Part shown: positions 1 to 11,790 of the stretch, piece by piece | How the letters are laid out: each line of letters begins with the position of its first letter | How positions within the stretch are numbered: the stretch's first letter is position 1 | NCBI GenBank assembly: GCA_963555825.3 | Contig: CAUVXB020000001.1 | Span: forward strand, 800,001 to 864,000 | DNA length: 64,000 nucleotides | Origin: Alphaproteobacteria bacterium | GTDB lineage: Bacteria > Pseudomonadota > Alphaproteobacteria > JAAXGF01 | Direction of reading: 5' to 3' | Made by a program: the position numbers and the translations under genes | Notes under the pieces: generated by a model | Seen by the model: the letters and a program-made list of their open reading frames with translations, nothing else | Database searches by the model: none | What the model was told of the DNA's origin: nothing

Positions 1-945
1 ATAAGACGCGCCGTGGTCGGCATAGTAAGGGCACTCATTGACGCCGCCGGCGCCGAAGCTCTCCCACGGTACATTGGTCGAATCCTTGTGCGTGTACTGA
101 CGGTTCCAGACATCCATGTCGAACCACGACGGATAGACGTTGTAGCCGCGCGTGTCGGGCGTGTTGCCGGGCTGCGTGACATGCAGCGTCGCGTCGTCGT
201 AGACGTACAGCTCGGCGCGGTTGATGTCGACCCGCTGGGCCGTCACCGTGATCTCGACGACCGGCGCCAAGGGATCGGACTGATCGACCGGACCCAAGGT
301 GACCGTCGGCGAGGTGGCATCCTGGTAGGGCAGCACGAACAACGTGTGCACGGTGTCGCGCTGCCATCGGCTGAACACGTCATCGGCCGGCGCGTCGCGC
401 AGCTCGAAGTGCAGGTGGTCGAAGCCGCTCGCGCTCTCGCCGGTATAGCCGATCAGGTCGCCCTTGCTGATGACGTCGTCGGCCGCGACGGCCCAACCGC
501 TAAGATGCATGTAGTTGCTGTGATAGCAGCCGACACCCGAGCAGCTCGCAAGACCGGGGCGAAAATGACGGAGTTGGACCAGCGGATCGGAATAGCCGGA
601 GTGGTTGCCGGCGATGATGACCTCGCCGTCGGCGATGGCGAACACCGGCGTGCCGATCGGCGTCGGGATGTCGATGCCGCGGTGGAAGTCGTAACGCGAA
701 TTCTCGGACGTCAGCTCGCGCGGGCCATAGGTCGACTCGAGCGGCAGGTCGGTGAACGCGGGATCGCCCCAGCGTTCGCTCGGGCAGCCGTCGGCTTCGG
801 CCCAGCCCTGTGGCGGGGTCTCGGCGATGCGGCCGCACAGCGGCCAGGCCGGCGTCGGGTCATATTGCTGAGCCGACGCGGCCGTGCTCCAGGCCAGCAC
901 GACGCCGAAGCCTGATCCAAGCAACAGTTTACCCAGGTTCCGCAC
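1..945 (-). CDS. Secreted M23-family metallopeptidase, 3' end runs off window
   Basis: Manual minus-strand translation MRNLGKLLLGSGFGVVLAWSTAASAQ... (signal peptide), then FHRGIDIPTPIGTPVFAIADG, YMHLS and HLHFE (M23 HxxxD and HxH motifs). Not in the ORF track because there is no stop inside the window; the GTG start is tentative. Confidence 0.8.
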   Translation of the reverse strand, partial: MRNLGKLLLGSGFGVVLAWSTAASAQQYDPTPAWPLCGRIAETPPQGWAEADGCPSERWGDPAFTDLPLESTYGPRELTSENSRYDFHRGIDIPTPIGTPVFAIADGEVIIAGNHSGYSDPLVQLRHFRPGLASCSGVGCYHSNYMHLSGWAVAADDVISKGDLIGYTGESASGFDHLHFELRDAPADDVFSRWQRDTVHTLFVLPYQDATSPTVTLGPVDQSDPLAPVVEITVTAQRVDINRAELYVYDDATLHVTQPGNTPDTRGYNVYPSWFDMDVWNRQYTHKDSTNVPWESFGAGGVNECPYYADHGASY

Positions 946-988
946 CCTCCAAACGTCCGCGTCCGTCGTCTTGCGTTCCCCGCCGCGC

Positions 989-1026
989 AAAAAATACGAG
1001 CCCCCTCCCTCGCGGGCGGGGGCTCG
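989..1026 (-). terminator. Probable intrinsic terminator of the ntr-trk-dat-HAD transcript
   Basis: GC hairpin cgagccccc..gggggctcg followed by TATTTTTT on the minus strand. Confidence 0.6.
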
Positions 1027-1145
1027 GCATATCCGATAACCCTCGGTCCGATGACAGTGCCGTCCAACCGGATTGCCACACCATCGTTGGCCGACAAACT
1101 ACCATCGGCACCCGGGCGGCACAGGGCGGTGAGGAGTGACGACTG

Positions 1146-1799
1146 TCACAGTTCGCGCACTATCGCGGCCAGCTCGGCACAGTTTTCGAAGCGCCAGGGC
1201 GTTCGCTCGGGGCCGGGCTCGTGGCCCGTCGTCACCGCGCCGCGCATCAGCATCGGCACGCAACCGGCGGCCTCGGCGCATTCGATATCGACCGCGTTGT
1301 CTCCGACGAACCAGACGTCCCCGCCGCGGCTGATGCCGCTGCCCTCGAGTGCGAGATCGACAGCCTTGGTCGACGGTTTGTCCTCCTCGGCGTCGAACGC
1401 GCCGACCGCACGATCAAAATAGTCCTGCCAACCCAGGTGATCGATCTCGATGCGCAGGTTGACGCCGCTCTTGTTGCTGACCAGGGCCAGGTAGATACCG
1501 GCGTCGCGCACGGCGTCGAGCACATCGACCGCGCCGGGCATCGGCTGGATATGCTGAAGGTGATGCGTCTGGTAGCTGGTATAGAAGATATCACGCGCCG
1601 CCTCCCATCGATCGTTGAACAGCGTGGGAAAGAAGTCGCGCATCGACCGCGCGATCTGGCGGCAGGTGTCCTCGTAGGTCCATGTTTCGTGGCCCATCGC
1701 CGCGAGCGTCTCGTTGAGCGCGATATGGATGACGCCGAACGAATCGACCAGCGTGTTGTCCCAATCGAACAGGATCGCACGCGGCCGGGTCAGGCGCAC
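1146..1799 (-). CDS. HAD-family phosphatase (Gph-like)
   Basis: FDWDNTL, SNK, KP and VGDNAVD HAD motifs. Confidence 0.88.
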   Translation of the reverse strand: MRLTRPRAILFDWDNTLVDSFGVIHIALNETLAAMGHETWTYEDTCRQIARSMRDFFPTLFNDRWEAARDIFYTSYQTHHLQHIQPMPGAVDVLDAVRDAGIYLALVSNKSGVNLRIEIDHLGWQDYFDRAVGAFDAEEDKPSTKAVDLALEGSGISRGGDVWFVGDNAVDIECAEAAGCVPMLMRGAVTTGHEPGPERTPWRFENCAELAAIVREL

Positions 1800-2656
1800 G
1801 CGCCGATCCCGTCGCGCATATAGGCGAGGTAGAGGCCGAGCAGCCGCCGGCTGGTCTCGCCCGGCTCGCCGTTGCCGATAACCTTGTCGTCGATCTGGGT
1901 GATTGGCCTGACGAAGTTGGTCGTGCTCGAGATGAACGCCTCGCGCGCCGCCTTGGCTTCTTCGATGGTGAAGGGCCGCTCGACGACCTCGATGCCGTCC
2001 TCGCGGGCCAGACGGATCAGCGTCTGGCGCGTGATGCCGCCGAGGATCGCGTTGCTCGTCGGGCGCGTGACGAGTCGTCCGTCGCCGTCCATGATCCAGG
2101 CGTTGGTCGAGCTGCCCTCGGTGACATAGCCTTCGTTGTCGACCATGAACGATTCGTAGGCGCCTTCGGACAGCGCGTGTTGCTTGGCGAGCACGTTGGG
2201 CAACAGCGCGATCGATTTGACGTCGCAGCGCTCCCAGCGGATGTCACGCATGCTGACCGCCTTCGACCCCTTCACCGTCTCCGCATCGTTCATGAAGGTC
2301 ACGCGCTTGGCGGTGACGACGAGCGCCGGGCGCGTGTCGGCCGGGAACGGGTGATTGCGCGACGCGACGCCGCGGGTCACCTGAAGATAGACCATGCCGT
2401 CGCGCACGCGGTTGCGGCGAATGGTCTCGTTCATGACTGTTTCGAGCGGGCCGCGCGCCATCGGGATGTCGATCTGGAGCTCGCGGAGCGAACGTTCGAG
2501 CCGATCGAGATGCGGGCCGCCATCGACCAAGGCGCCACCAGCGACGGCAACGACCTCGTAGACGCCGTCGGCGAACTGGTAGCCGCGATCCTCGATATGG
2601 ACCTGGGCGGCGCCATGCGGCACGTAACGGCCGTTGACATAGGCTACACGTGACAT
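1790..2656 (-). CDS. dat: D-amino acid aminotransferase (PLP class IV)
   Basis: MSRVAYVNG, DRGYQFADGVYE, CDVKSIALL, TEGSSTN, ILGGITR; usual position downstream of trkA. Confidence 0.9.
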   Translation of the reverse strand: MSRVAYVNGRYVPHGAAQVHIEDRGYQFADGVYEVVAVAGGALVDGGPHLDRLERSLRELQIDIPMARGPLETVMNETIRRNRVRDGMVYLQVTRGVASRNHPFPADTRPALVVTAKRVTFMNDAETVKGSKAVSMRDIRWERCDVKSIALLPNVLAKQHALSEGAYESFMVDNEGYVTEGSSTNAWIMDGDGRLVTRPTSNAILGGITRQTLIRLAREDGIEVVERPFTIEEAKAAREAFISSTTNFVRPITQIDDKVIGNGEPGETSRRLLGLYLAYMRDGIGACA

Positions 2657-2672
2657 TCGGACGATCCTCGGT

Positions 2673-4124
2673 TCAGCGTCGCCAGAACATCGGCGCGAGC
2701 AGCGCCAAGACGGTGACGAATTCAAGCCGGCCCAACAGCATGGCCACGCAGAGTACCCATTTCGCGGCATCGGGCAACAGCGCATAACCGGCTTCGGGCC
2801 CGACGACCATGCCAAGGCCGGCGCCGGCGTTGGTAAGGGTGGCCAGCGCCATGCCGAGGGCGGCGGCGGGATCGAGACCCCACATCGACAGGACGACCGT
2901 CAACAGTACGAAGGCCGCAAGAAACAGAGAAAAGAACGTCCATAGCGCCTTGATCGCCGACTCGGGCACCGAGCGATCGCCATAACGAATGCGCACCACG
3001 CCGTGCGGATGCGACAGCCGCGCGAGCTCGCGGCGGCCGTGCTTGAAGGCGAGAATGAGGCGGATGAGCTTGGCGCCACCGCCCGTCGAACCGCTCGAGC
3101 CGCCGACGAACATCAGCGCGAGCAGGAGAACCGGCACGACGGTCGGCCACATCGTCGTTCCGCCATTGATGAAGCCGGTGGTGGTCAGCGCCGAAACAGC
3201 CGAGAACATGCCGTGGCGCAGCGCGTCGCCGCCACCCAACGTTCCTTGATGCATCAACAAGAGGCCCGCGACGAGCGTGGCGATTGCCGCGGTGACGATC
3301 AACAGCGCGCATTCGGGGTCGTACCGCCAGACCCCAAAGCGACCGTGCACGAGCGCCCAGTAAAGCGTGAAGTTCATGGCGGCGGCCAACATGAAAACGA
3401 CGAGGACGGCTTCGACGTTCGCATTGTCGAACGCGGCCACCGAGGCATCGCGCGTTGAGAAGCCGCCCGTCGACACCGTGCTGAGGGCATGGCCCAGGGC
3501 GTCGAACGTGGGCATGCCGGCGAACCAGAGGGAAACCGCGCAGGCCGCCGTAAATGTGGCGTAGATCCATCCCAGCACGGCGGACGAGCGCAGGACGCGC
3601 GCCTCCACCGTTGCGTGATCGCCATGCGGCATGGCGCTCTGGAATACTTCCATACCGCCGATCCCCAGCATGGTCAGAACCGATACCGCGATGATGATCG
3701 TTCCGAAGCCGCCGATCCATTGCAACCAGGCGCGCCAGAAGACAACGCCGCGGCCGAGTTCGTCGAGGCCGGTAATCAGCGTCGCCCCGGTCGTCGTGAG
3801 GCCAGAGACCGACTCGAAGATGGCGTCTGTTGGGTTGCTGAGCACATCGAGCAAATAGAACGGCGCTGCGCCGATGATCGCAAGTACAGGCCAGGCCAGC
3901 GCGACCAGCAAAAAGCACCCACGCCGCCCGATACGCCGCTCGCCGCCCTGGGTCGCGAACACCATACCGATGCCGAAGAACAGCGCAACCGCGGCAACTC
4001 CGGCGAAGACCGCGGCGTCACGCGTCTCGCCATAGCCGAGCGCGACGGCGGCAGGCGCCAACATCAATCCGGCAAAGCCGGCGATCAACCATCCGAGGTT
4101 GGCGATGACCGGGGCGAAAGACAC
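2673..4124 (-). CDS. trkH: TrkH potassium uptake permease
   Basis: FESVSGLTTTGAT, STVSTGGFS, GGSSGSTGGG, LLGRLE; GTG start inferred. Confidence 0.92.
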   Translation of the reverse strand: MSFAPVIANLGWLIAGFAGLMLAPAAVALGYGETRDAAVFAGVAAVALFFGIGMVFATQGGERRIGRRGCFLLVALAWPVLAIIGAAPFYLLDVLSNPTDAIFESVSGLTTTGATLITGLDELGRGVVFWRAWLQWIGGFGTIIIAVSVLTMLGIGGMEVFQSAMPHGDHATVEARVLRSSAVLGWIYATFTAACAVSLWFAGMPTFDALGHALSTVSTGGFSTRDASVAAFDNANVEAVLVVFMLAAAMNFTLYWALVHGRFGVWRYDPECALLIVTAAIATLVAGLLLMHQGTLGGGDALRHGMFSAVSALTTTGFINGGTTMWPTVVPVLLLALMFVGGSSGSTGGGAKLIRLILAFKHGRRELARLSHPHGVVRIRYGDRSVPESAIKALWTFFSLFLAAFVLLTVVLSMWGLDPAAALGMALATLTNAGAGLGMVVGPEAGYALLPDAAKWVLCVAMLLGRLEFVTVLALLAPMFWRR

Positions 4125-4152
4125 TCGGTATTCCCGTCGTAAATACCGGCGC

Positions 4153-5529
4153 CTAGAAGAATTCCAGGCGCACCGAGAACAACTTCTCGACTTCCTTGAC
4201 CATGCCGGCCGCGGCGAGGATGACGACACGGTCGTTGGCCTTCACGACACTGTCACCGCGCGGCATGATGACCTCGTCGCCGCGCACGATGGCGCCGACG
4301 ATGATGCCCTGCGGCAACTTGATCTCGCGTAACGGCGCGCCGACCAACGGCGAGGTTTCGAGCGCCTCGGCCTCGATCACCTCTGCCAGACCCTCGCGAA
4401 TGCTGTGGACGGCGCGGATGCGACCGCGTCGGACGTGCTGCAGGATCGTCGACACCGTCACGTCGCGCGGACTGACCGCGACGTTGATGCCGAGCGGCTC
4501 CACCAATGGCGCGTACGTCATATTGTTGATCAGCGTCACCGCGCGCTGGGCGCCGTAGCGCTTGGCCAGCAGCGACGCCAGAATATTGACTTCGTCGTCG
4601 TTCGAGACCGCGACAATCGTTTCGGTCGCGGCGACGTTGGCTTCTTCCAAAATGTCTCGGTCGAGTGCGCTGCCGTTGAGCACCACCGTGCGCGACAATT
4701 GGCCGGCCAGTTGCTCGGCGCGATCCTTGGAGAGCTCGATGATCTTGAGGTTGACGTCGGGGTAGTGTTGCTCGATCTCTTGGGCGAGAAACAGGCCGAT
4801 GTTGCCGCCGCCGATGATAATGACGCGCCTGGCTTCCTTTTCGTCGTGGCCGAAGGCTGACAACGCCCGTTCCATATGCTCGGCGGTTACCGTGAAATAG
4901 ACATCGTCGCCGGGCAGCATGTGCTCGTCCCCGCTGGGTACGATCATGCGGTCGCCGCGATTGATGCCGACGACGAACATGCTGAGATCGGGAAACACCT
5001 CGGTGAGCTGCCGAAGCGGCGTGTTGATGATCGGGCAATCGGCGCCGCAGTGGACGCCGACGACACGCACGCGACCATCTGCGAAGGGAATCATGTCGAT
5101 CGCACCGGGCACCTGAAGTCGGCGGATGACCGCGCGCGCGACCTCGACCTCGGGCGAGATGATGACGTCGATCGGCATGTTGTCGCGGCTGAACAGGTCG
5201 CGCCAGATCGGCTTGAGATAACTCTGGTGGCGCACGCGGGCGATCTTGGTCGGCACGTTGAAGATCGAATGGCAGACCTGACACGCCACCATGTTGACCT
5301 CGTCGGCGAGGGTCACCGCGATGACCATGTCGGCGTCCGCCGCACCGGCCCGCTCGAGCAAATCCGGATGCGACGCGAAACCGACCAATCCCTTGACGTC
5401 GAGCGTATCGCTGATCGAGCGCACCAATTCGGGACGCTGATCGATCACCGTCACGTCGTTGCGCTCGCTGGCAAGGTGGCGCGCAATGTTGTAGCCGACC
5501 TGACCGGCGCCACAGACGACGACCTTCAT
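4153..5529 (-). CDS. trkA: TrkA potassium uptake NAD-binding subunit
   Basis: Two RCK domains (GAGQVG, GGGNIG). Confidence 0.95.
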   Translation of the reverse strand: MKVVVCGAGQVGYNIARHLASERNDVTVIDQRPELVRSISDTLDVKGLVGFASHPDLLERAGAADADMVIAVTLADEVNMVACQVCHSIFNVPTKIARVRHQSYLKPIWRDLFSRDNMPIDVIISPEVEVARAVIRRLQVPGAIDMIPFADGRVRVVGVHCGADCPIINTPLRQLTEVFPDLSMFVVGINRGDRMIVPSGDEHMLPGDDVYFTVTAEHMERALSAFGHDEKEARRVIIIGGGNIGLFLAQEIEQHYPDVNLKIIELSKDRAEQLAGQLSRTVVLNGSALDRDILEEANVAATETIVAVSNDDEVNILASLLAKRYGAQRAVTLINNMTYAPLVEPLGINVAVSPRDVTVSTILQHVRRGRIRAVHSIREGLAEVIEAEALETSPLVGAPLREIKLPQGIIVGAIVRGDEVIMPRGDSVVKANDRVVILAAAGMVKEVEKLFSVRLEFF

Positions 5530-6974
5530 CACCAGCCGCGCCCCATGGATCGCTCGGCCGGCGTTGCAGCGGCATTGTCGGCCCGCGCCTGGCCGTCGCC
5601 ACCGATGCCGAGGCCCTTGAGCTTGCGGTGTAGCGCTGACCGCTCCATGCCGATGAACGCCGCCGTGCGCGAGATATTGCCGCCGAATCGCATGATTTGC
5701 GCGGCCAGGTACTGCCGCTCGAACATCTCGCGCGCCTTACGCAGGGGCATCGCCATGATCTCGCCGGTATGCTCGCTGCGCATGGCAGGCGGAGCACTGG
5801 CGGAGAGTTCCGGCGGCAACATGTCGGCGCGGATCGCGCTCTCGGCATCACCAGGCGCCATGATCAACAGCCATTCGACCAGATTTCGCAACTGGCGCAC
5901 GTTTCCGGGCCAGTCGCAGGCCTGGAGCGCGGCGAGCGCGTCGTCGCCGATTTCGCGCGGCGGCAACCCCAACGAATCTGCCGCCCGCGCCATGAAATGG
6001 CGGGCCAGCAAGGGAATGTCTTCGGGGTGGTCGCGCAGCGCCGGCAAATTCATCGGCACGACATTGAGACGGTAATAGAGGTCTTCTCGAAAATTGCCGG
6101 CGGCGATTTCCACCGCGAGATCGCGGTTCGAAGCGGCGATGAACCTGACATCGACCTCGACCATCTGATCGCCACCAACCCGCTTGAATGCTTGGTCCTG
6201 CAGGAACCGGAGCATCTTGGCCTGCGTTTCAAGCGGCATGTCGCCGACCTCGTCGATGAACAAAGTGCCGCCATGCGCTTGCTCGAAGGTGCCCGTCTTG
6301 CGTGGCGTGTCCGGGCCTTGCGCACCGGCTTCCATGCCGAACAGTTCGGCTTCCATGCGTCCGGGTGTCATCGTCGCCGAACTCAAAACGACGAATGGCG
6401 CATCCGATCGTCGCGACCAGGCGTGCAACAGGCGCGCGACGACCTCCTTGCCGACGCCGGGCGCTCCGGTAATCAGGACGCGGCTGCCGGTCGGTGCCAC
6501 GCGCTCGATCACGGCGCGCAATTGGTTGATCGCCTGGGAATCGCCGATCAACTCAGGGCTGCCGCCGGCCCGAAGTCGCAACTCCTGGACCTCGCGCTTG
6601 AGGCGCGCGGCCTCGACGGCACGTTCGACGACAAGCAGCAGGCGGTCGGCCTGAAAGGGTTTTTGGATGAAATCATACGCGCCGATCTTGATCGCCCTCA
6701 CGGCGGTCTCAATGTTACCGTGGCCGCTTATGATGACGACCGGGAGTTCGGGGTAGTCGCGTTTGACGATATCGAGAATTTCCAGGCCATCGAGTCGCGA
6801 ACCCTGAAGCCAGATATCGAGAATCAATAGCGCGGGAATGCGCGATTCGATCGCCGTCAAGGCCGCATCGCTGTCGGCGGCTTCGCGTGCTTGGTACCCC
6901 TCGTCACTCAGGATTCCCGCAATCAAGAGCCGGATATCGGCCTCGTCGTCGACGATCAGAATATCAAGCGCCAT
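5529..6974 (-). CDS. ntrX: NtrX response regulator (REC-AAA-HTH)
   Basis: LDIWLQGS, AAA domain lacking GAFTGA, GMERSALHRKLK; follows ntrY. Confidence 0.95.
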   Translation of the reverse strand: MALDILIVDDEADIRLLIAGILSDEGYQAREAADSDAALTAIESRIPALLILDIWLQGSRLDGLEILDIVKRDYPELPVVIISGHGNIETAVRAIKIGAYDFIQKPFQADRLLLVVERAVEAARLKREVQELRLRAGGSPELIGDSQAINQLRAVIERVAPTGSRVLITGAPGVGKEVVARLLHAWSRRSDAPFVVLSSATMTPGRMEAELFGMEAGAQGPDTPRKTGTFEQAHGGTLFIDEVGDMPLETQAKMLRFLQDQAFKRVGGDQMVEVDVRFIAASNRDLAVEIAAGNFREDLYYRLNVVPMNLPALRDHPEDIPLLARHFMARAADSLGLPPREIGDDALAALQACDWPGNVRQLRNLVEWLLIMAPGDAESAIRADMLPPELSASAPPAMRSEHTGEIMAMPLRKAREMFERQYLAAQIMRFGGNISRTAAFIGMERSALHRKLKGLGIGGDGQARADNAAATPAERSMGRGW

Positions 6975-9234
6975 GCGATACCACCTTGGGCACGGTCGGA
7001 CCCGCGCCGTCCACCGACGTTTCGCTCTCTGCGGTGCGGAAAATAATCCTTACCTTCGCGCCGCCGTCGGCGCCATCATCGAGCACCAACTCACCATCGT
7101 GATCTTCTATGATCTTCTTGACAATCGCCAGCCCTAAGCCGGTTCCCTTCGCCCGAGTCGTTACATAAGGCTCGACGAGCCGGTCGCGCGCATCATCCGG
7201 AAACCCGCGGCCGTTGTCTTCGACCTCGATGACGACGTGCTCGGCATCGGTCTGGCCGATCACGATCCGAATCCAGCCACCGTCCAGCTCCTCGCCGACG
7301 GATGACGCACGGCCGGCGATCGCATCGGCGGCGTTGCGCAGGACATTGGTCATAACCTGTACGACCTGCCGACCGTCGCAATGAAGCATGACGCCGTGAT
7401 CGGGGAATTTCTTGATGTAGCGAATTTCGGGATGCTCGACTTCCTGCAGATCGACCGCCTGCTGTACGAGTTCGACGACGGCTTCGGTTTGGAAAACCGG
7501 CGCGGGCATGCGCGCGAAGGCCGAAAACTCGTCGATCATGCGGCCGATATCGCCGACCTGGCGCACGATCGTATCGGTGCAGGCGATGAAGACTTCGGGA
7601 TCGCTCTTGATCTCGTGTTGGTACTTCCGTCTGATGCGCTCGGCGGAGAGCTGAATCGGCGTCAACGGGTTCTTGATCTCGTGCGCGATGCGTCGCGCGA
7701 CGTCGGCCCATGCCGCGGTGCGCTGGGCGACAACCAGGGCGCTGATGTCGTCGAACGTCACGACGAACCCTTCGAGCTCGTGGCCCAACCGCTCGGCGCC
7801 GACGCGCACCAGCAGCGTCCGCGTCCGACCACGGCGTTCGATCGTGATTTGGGTTTCGGCCCGCCGGTCGGGCCGGCGCTTGACCTGTTCGATCAGCTCG
7901 CCGACCTCGGGCATGATCTTGATCAGCGGCCGGCCGATCAACCGATCGGCCCGGGTCGCCAGGAAATCGAGCGCGGAACGGTTCGGCAGCTCCACCATGC
8001 CCTCGGAATCGAGGCCGATAACGCCCGCCGAGACACCAGAAAGGACCGATTCGGTAAACCGCTGACGCGCCTCGATCTCGAGGTTGGTTTCGAGCAATTC
8101 CTGGCGCTGACTTTCCAGTTGGTTCGTCATGCGATTGAAGGCTCGGCTCAGACTGCCGATTTCGTCGCCCGACGGCCGTTCCGTGACGCGAGCCGTCAGG
8201 TCGCCCTCGCGAATTCTCTCTGCGGCGCCGATCAACGCGCTGATCGGCCGCGCAAGTTGCGTCGCGAAGTTGAGGCCGAGCCAAACCGCCGCGAGCAGCA
8301 ACAGTAACGTGACGACGGCAAAAATCAGCGCGAATGTAATCTGGATCTTCGATCGATCCCCCTCGAGACGCTGATAGGCCGCGACGGCGCTTTGCGTCCG
8401 CTCCATGTGGCCGATCACGCGGGGATCGACGAAACGCCCGATCATCAGATAGACATCGCCGAATACATCCAGCCGCATGAGTGCTCGCACGCGGTCGTCG
8501 GTGTCGCTCGTCAGAATCACGACCTCGCCGCTGTCGGCCTGCCGCATCGACAACAGCGCAACGGGTTCGAACATCAGCGAAAATACAAATCCCGTGCGCC
8601 CCAGCACGCTGCCGTCGCGGGTGAACACCAGCGCTTCGCTCAGCGAGCGCAGCGCGGCCTGGGTCGCGAGCAATCTGTTGAGCTGTGCGGGATTGGCGAG
8701 CTGACGCGCGCCCGAGCGACTGATGTCGTTGGCCATGGCCTCTGCGTCGGCCCGAATTATCTTGCGGTGTTCATCGAGATAGGCCTCGGCGACGGCAAGC
8801 GATTCGCCGATCGCGGTGCTGACTCGCTTGCTGAACCACGCCTCGATGCCGAGGTTGAAGAATGACACCGAGAAGACGGCAACGATAATTGCCGGCGCAA
8901 CGGCGACGACGCTGAACATCGCGACCAGGCGGATATGCAGCCGGGAGCCGGCCATGCCGCGCCGGCGTTCGATCCACAACTGCACCAAACGCCTGAGCAC
9001 GACCGCGCTGAGCACCAGCGCCAGAGCAAGGTCGATATACAACAACACGAGCACGACCCGTGGATCGCCGCCGAACGGGCGCGATTCGGTCAACGCAGCA
9101 TAGGTCGTGACGCCCGAGGCAATCGCCGCGATGGTCAGCGCCATGGGCAGGCGGCGCGACAGCCCGACGCGCCGCGCCCAGCGCCGCGCGCGGCGCCAGA
9201 GCGTGGCTCTCGGTTTCTCGGTTTCAGCCGTCAC
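6964..9234 (-). CDS. ntrY: NtrY sensor histidine kinase
   Basis: TM-HAMP-PAS-His[28 protein letters not shown]. Confidence 0.95.
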   Translation of the reverse strand: MTAETEKPRATLWRRARRWARRVGLSRRLPMALTIAAIASGVTTYAALTESRPFGGDPRVVLVLLYIDLALALVLSAVVLRRLVQLWIERRRGMAGSRLHIRLVAMFSVVAVAPAIIVAVFSVSFFNLGIEAWFSKRVSTAIGESLAVAEAYLDEHRKIIRADAEAMANDISRSGARQLANPAQLNRLLATQAALRSLSEALVFTRDGSVLGRTGFVFSLMFEPVALLSMRQADSGEVVILTSDTDDRVRALMRLDVFGDVYLMIGRFVDPRVIGHMERTQSAVAAYQRLEGDRSKIQITFALIFAVVTLLLLLAAVWLGLNFATQLARPISALIGAAERIREGDLTARVTERPSGDEIGSLSRAFNRMTNQLESQRQELLETNLEIEARQRFTESVLSGVSAGVIGLDSEGMVELPNRSALDFLATRADRLIGRPLIKIMPEVGELIEQVKRRPDRRAETQITIERRGRTRTLLVRVGAERLGHELEGFVVTFDDISALVVAQRTAAWADVARRIAHEIKNPLTPIQLSAERIRRKYQHEIKSDPEVFIACTDTIVRQVGDIGRMIDEFSAFARMPAPVFQTEAVVELVQQAVDLQEVEHPEIRYIKKFPDHGVMLHCDGRQVVQVMTNVLRNAADAIAGRASSVGEELDGGWIRIVIGQTDAEHVVIEVEDNGRGFPDDARDRLVEPYVTTRAKGTGLGLAIVKKIIEDHDGELVLDDGADGGAKVRIIFRTAESETSVDGAGPTVPKVVSHGA

Positions 9235-10672
9235 GCGTGCCTCCCCGTATGACTTCGATGTCGAGCTCGCGAATCTTCTTGCGCAAGGTGTTTCGGTTGA
9301 TGCCAAGAACCCGGGCCGCCTTGATCTGGTTGCCGCGCGTCGCGGTGAGCGTCAGTGTGATGAGCGGCCGTTCGATTTCGCGCAACACCCGGTCGTAGAG
9401 TCCGGACGCCGGCAGGCTGCCGTTATGGGCGGCGAAATACTGCTGCAAATGGTTTTCGACGGTGGCGCCCAGGCCATCGGCCTCGTCCCGGACCGGCGCC
9501 ACGGGGGCGCCGTCGGCGAGTTCGCTCGCGATGATGTCGGCATCGATCACGTCGTCCGAATACAGCACCGCGAGGCGCCGGACAAGGTTCTCCAGTTCGC
9601 GCACGTTGCCGGGCCATTGATGGGCGGCCAGTCGCACCATCGCGCCGGAATCGATCGACTTGGCGGGCAATCCTTCGGCCTGCGACTGAATCAGGAAATG
9701 GCGCACCAGGACCGGTATGTCTTCGCGCCGTTCGCGCAGCGGCGGCACGCGGATCGGCACGACGTTTATCCGGTAATAGAGGTCTTCGCGAAACTGGCCT
9801 TTTTCAACCAGACGCTTGAGATCGTGATGAGTAGCGGCGACGACACGGACATCGGCGCGCATGGCGGCGCGACCGCCGACCGCCATGTATTCGCCCTGCT
9901 GCAAGACGCGCAGCAGCCGCGTCTGGGCGTCGATCGGCATGTCGCCGATCTCGTCGAGAAACAAGGTGCCCCCCTGGGCCTGGTCGAATCGGCCAAAATG
10001 GCGGCTGGTGGCGCCAGTAAAGGCGCCCTTCTCGTGCCCGAACAGTTCGCTTTCGATCAGCTCGCGCGGGATTGCCGCCATGTTGACGGCGATGAACGGC
10101 CCGCTGCGGCGCCTGCCGAAATCGTGCAGAGCGCGGGCGACGAGTTCCTTGCCGGTACCCGATTCACCGACGATCAACGCCGTCAGATCGGTCGCCGTGA
10201 TACGCGCGATGATGCGGTAGATGTCCTGCATTGCGGGCGAGCGTCCGATGAGTGGTGATTGCTCGCCCTCAAGCGTCGTTTCGTCGAGCGCGTCCACGGG
10301 TCCTTCCTCGATTGAAAGCGCTCTGTCAACAACGACAATCAAGTCATTGAGGTCGAAAGGTTTTGGTAGATATTCGAAGGCGCCGCCTTCGGTGGCTCGG
10401 ACCGCCGTCATCAGCGTCGAATGCGCGCTCATCACGACCACCGGAAGGTCGGGGCGAATGCGCTTGATGCGCGGCAACAGTTCGAGACCGTCTTCGTCGG
10501 GCATGATGACGTCGGTGATCACCAGATCGCCCTCACCGTCCTCGACCCAGCGCCACAGGGTCGCGGCCTCGCCGGTCACGCGCACCTCGTGGCCATGGCG
10601 CGCGAGCGCCCGGCTGACGACGGTGCGGATCGCCTTGTCGTCATCGACCACCAGGATGGTCGCGCCCGCCAT
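9224..10672 (-). CDS. ntrC: Nitrogen regulation protein NR(I)
   Basis: [26 protein letters not shown], Fis-type HTH. Confidence 0.96.
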   Translation of the reverse strand: MAGATILVVDDDKAIRTVVSRALARHGHEVRVTGEAATLWRWVEDGEGDLVITDVIMPDEDGLELLPRIKRIRPDLPVVVMSAHSTLMTAVRATEGGAFEYLPKPFDLNDLIVVVDRALSIEEGPVDALDETTLEGEQSPLIGRSPAMQDIYRIIARITATDLTALIVGESGTGKELVARALHDFGRRRSGPFIAVNMAAIPRELIESELFGHEKGAFTGATSRHFGRFDQAQGGTLFLDEIGDMPIDAQTRLLRVLQQGEYMAVGGRAAMRADVRVVAATHHDLKRLVEKGQFREDLYYRINVVPIRVPPLRERREDIPVLVRHFLIQSQAEGLPAKSIDSGAMVRLAAHQWPGNVRELENLVRRLAVLYSDDVIDADIIASELADGAPVAPVRDEADGLGATVENHLQQYFAAHNGSLPASGLYDRVLREIERPLITLTLTATRGNQIKAARVLGINRNTLRKKIRELDIEVIRGGTRDG

Positions 10673-11790
10673 CAGACCGAACCGTCGCCAGGATGGAGTG
10701 GCAGGAGCACCCGGAACGTCGTATGGCCTGGTTCGCTCTCGAATTCGACGATGCCACCGTGATCGCCGATGATTTTCGCCACCAGGGATAACCCGAGCCC
10801 CGTACCGCCGGCCTTGCCGCTGACGAAGGGATCGAAGAGGTGGCCTTGCATGTCGGCCGGCACGCCTGACCCATTGTCCTCGATGCTCACGACCAACGGC
10901 AGGCGCTGGCGGCCGCGCTCGCCACCGATCGACAGTCTGAGGCCGGGCTCGAAGGCCGTCTTGAGGGTGATTTCCCCGGTCTCGGCCGGGACCGCCTCGG
11001 CGGCGTTCTTCAAGAGGTTAAGAAAGACCTGCACGAGCCCGTCCCGGTCGCCCAGAACGGCGGGCAACGATGGGTCGTATAGCTCGACGAGCGATGCGTG
11101 GCTGGCAAAGCCGGTCGACGCCAGTCGCCGGACGTAGTCGAGCACCTCGTGTATATTGACCGCCTCGCGCACGCCAGGCCGGGTATCCGAGAATACTTCC
11201 ATTCGGTCGACCAGCCGGCAGATGCGGTCGGTTTCCTCGGTGATGAGACGCGTCAGATCACGCTCCTCGGCCGAGGCGTTGTGCTCCAGCAATTGGGCCG
11301 CGCCGCGAATGCCCGACAAGGGATTCTTGATCTCGTGGGCCAGCGCCGCGGCCAGGCCGGCGACCGAACGGCCGGCGCCGAGGTGGGTCAACTGTCGGTC
11401 GAGCTTGTGCGCGATGCTGCGCCCGCGCATCAGTGCAAGAACCCAACCAGGTGCTTCGGCAACCGCTGACACCTTGACGTCGATGGCGCGTGCGTCACCG
11501 CGCGGCATGGCGATATCGATGTCGTGTTCGGTGATCGTCGTCCCTTCCTCGCGAACTTTGGCGACGAGCGAGATCAGCGGGCTGTCGAAGCGCACGATAT
11601 CGTCGAGCGGCCGGCCGCACACCACGCCGGCGCCGGCGCCGAGCAGGGGTTCCGCGGCCGAATTTACGAACCGGACGACGTCACGCTCGTCGATCAGCAA
11701 CAAGGCGTCCGGCATCGCCGCGATGATTGTCTCGGCATCCGGGATCGGTGTGTCTGTCCGCGCCGCGCGCGCCGTTGCCAGCTTGGCCAT
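10672..11790 (-). CDS. ntrB: Nitrogen regulation kinase NR(II)
   Basis: PAS + [24 protein letters not shown]. Confidence 0.95.
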   Translation of the reverse strand: MAKLATARAARTDTPIPDAETIIAAMPDALLLIDERDVVRFVNSAAEPLLGAGAGVVCGRPLDDIVRFDSPLISLVAKVREEGTTITEHDIDIAMPRGDARAIDVKVSAVAEAPGWVLALMRGRSIAHKLDRQLTHLGAGRSVAGLAAALAHEIKNPLSGIRGAAQLLEHNASAEERDLTRLITEETDRICRLVDRMEVFSDTRPGVREAVNIHEVLDYVRRLASTGFASHASLVELYDPSLPAVLGDRDGLVQVFLNLLKNAAEAVPAETGEITLKTAFEPGLRLSIGGERGRQRLPLVVSIEDNGSGVPADMQGHLFDPFVSGKAGGTGLGLSLVAKIIGDHGGIVEFESEPGHTTFRVLLPLHPGDGSV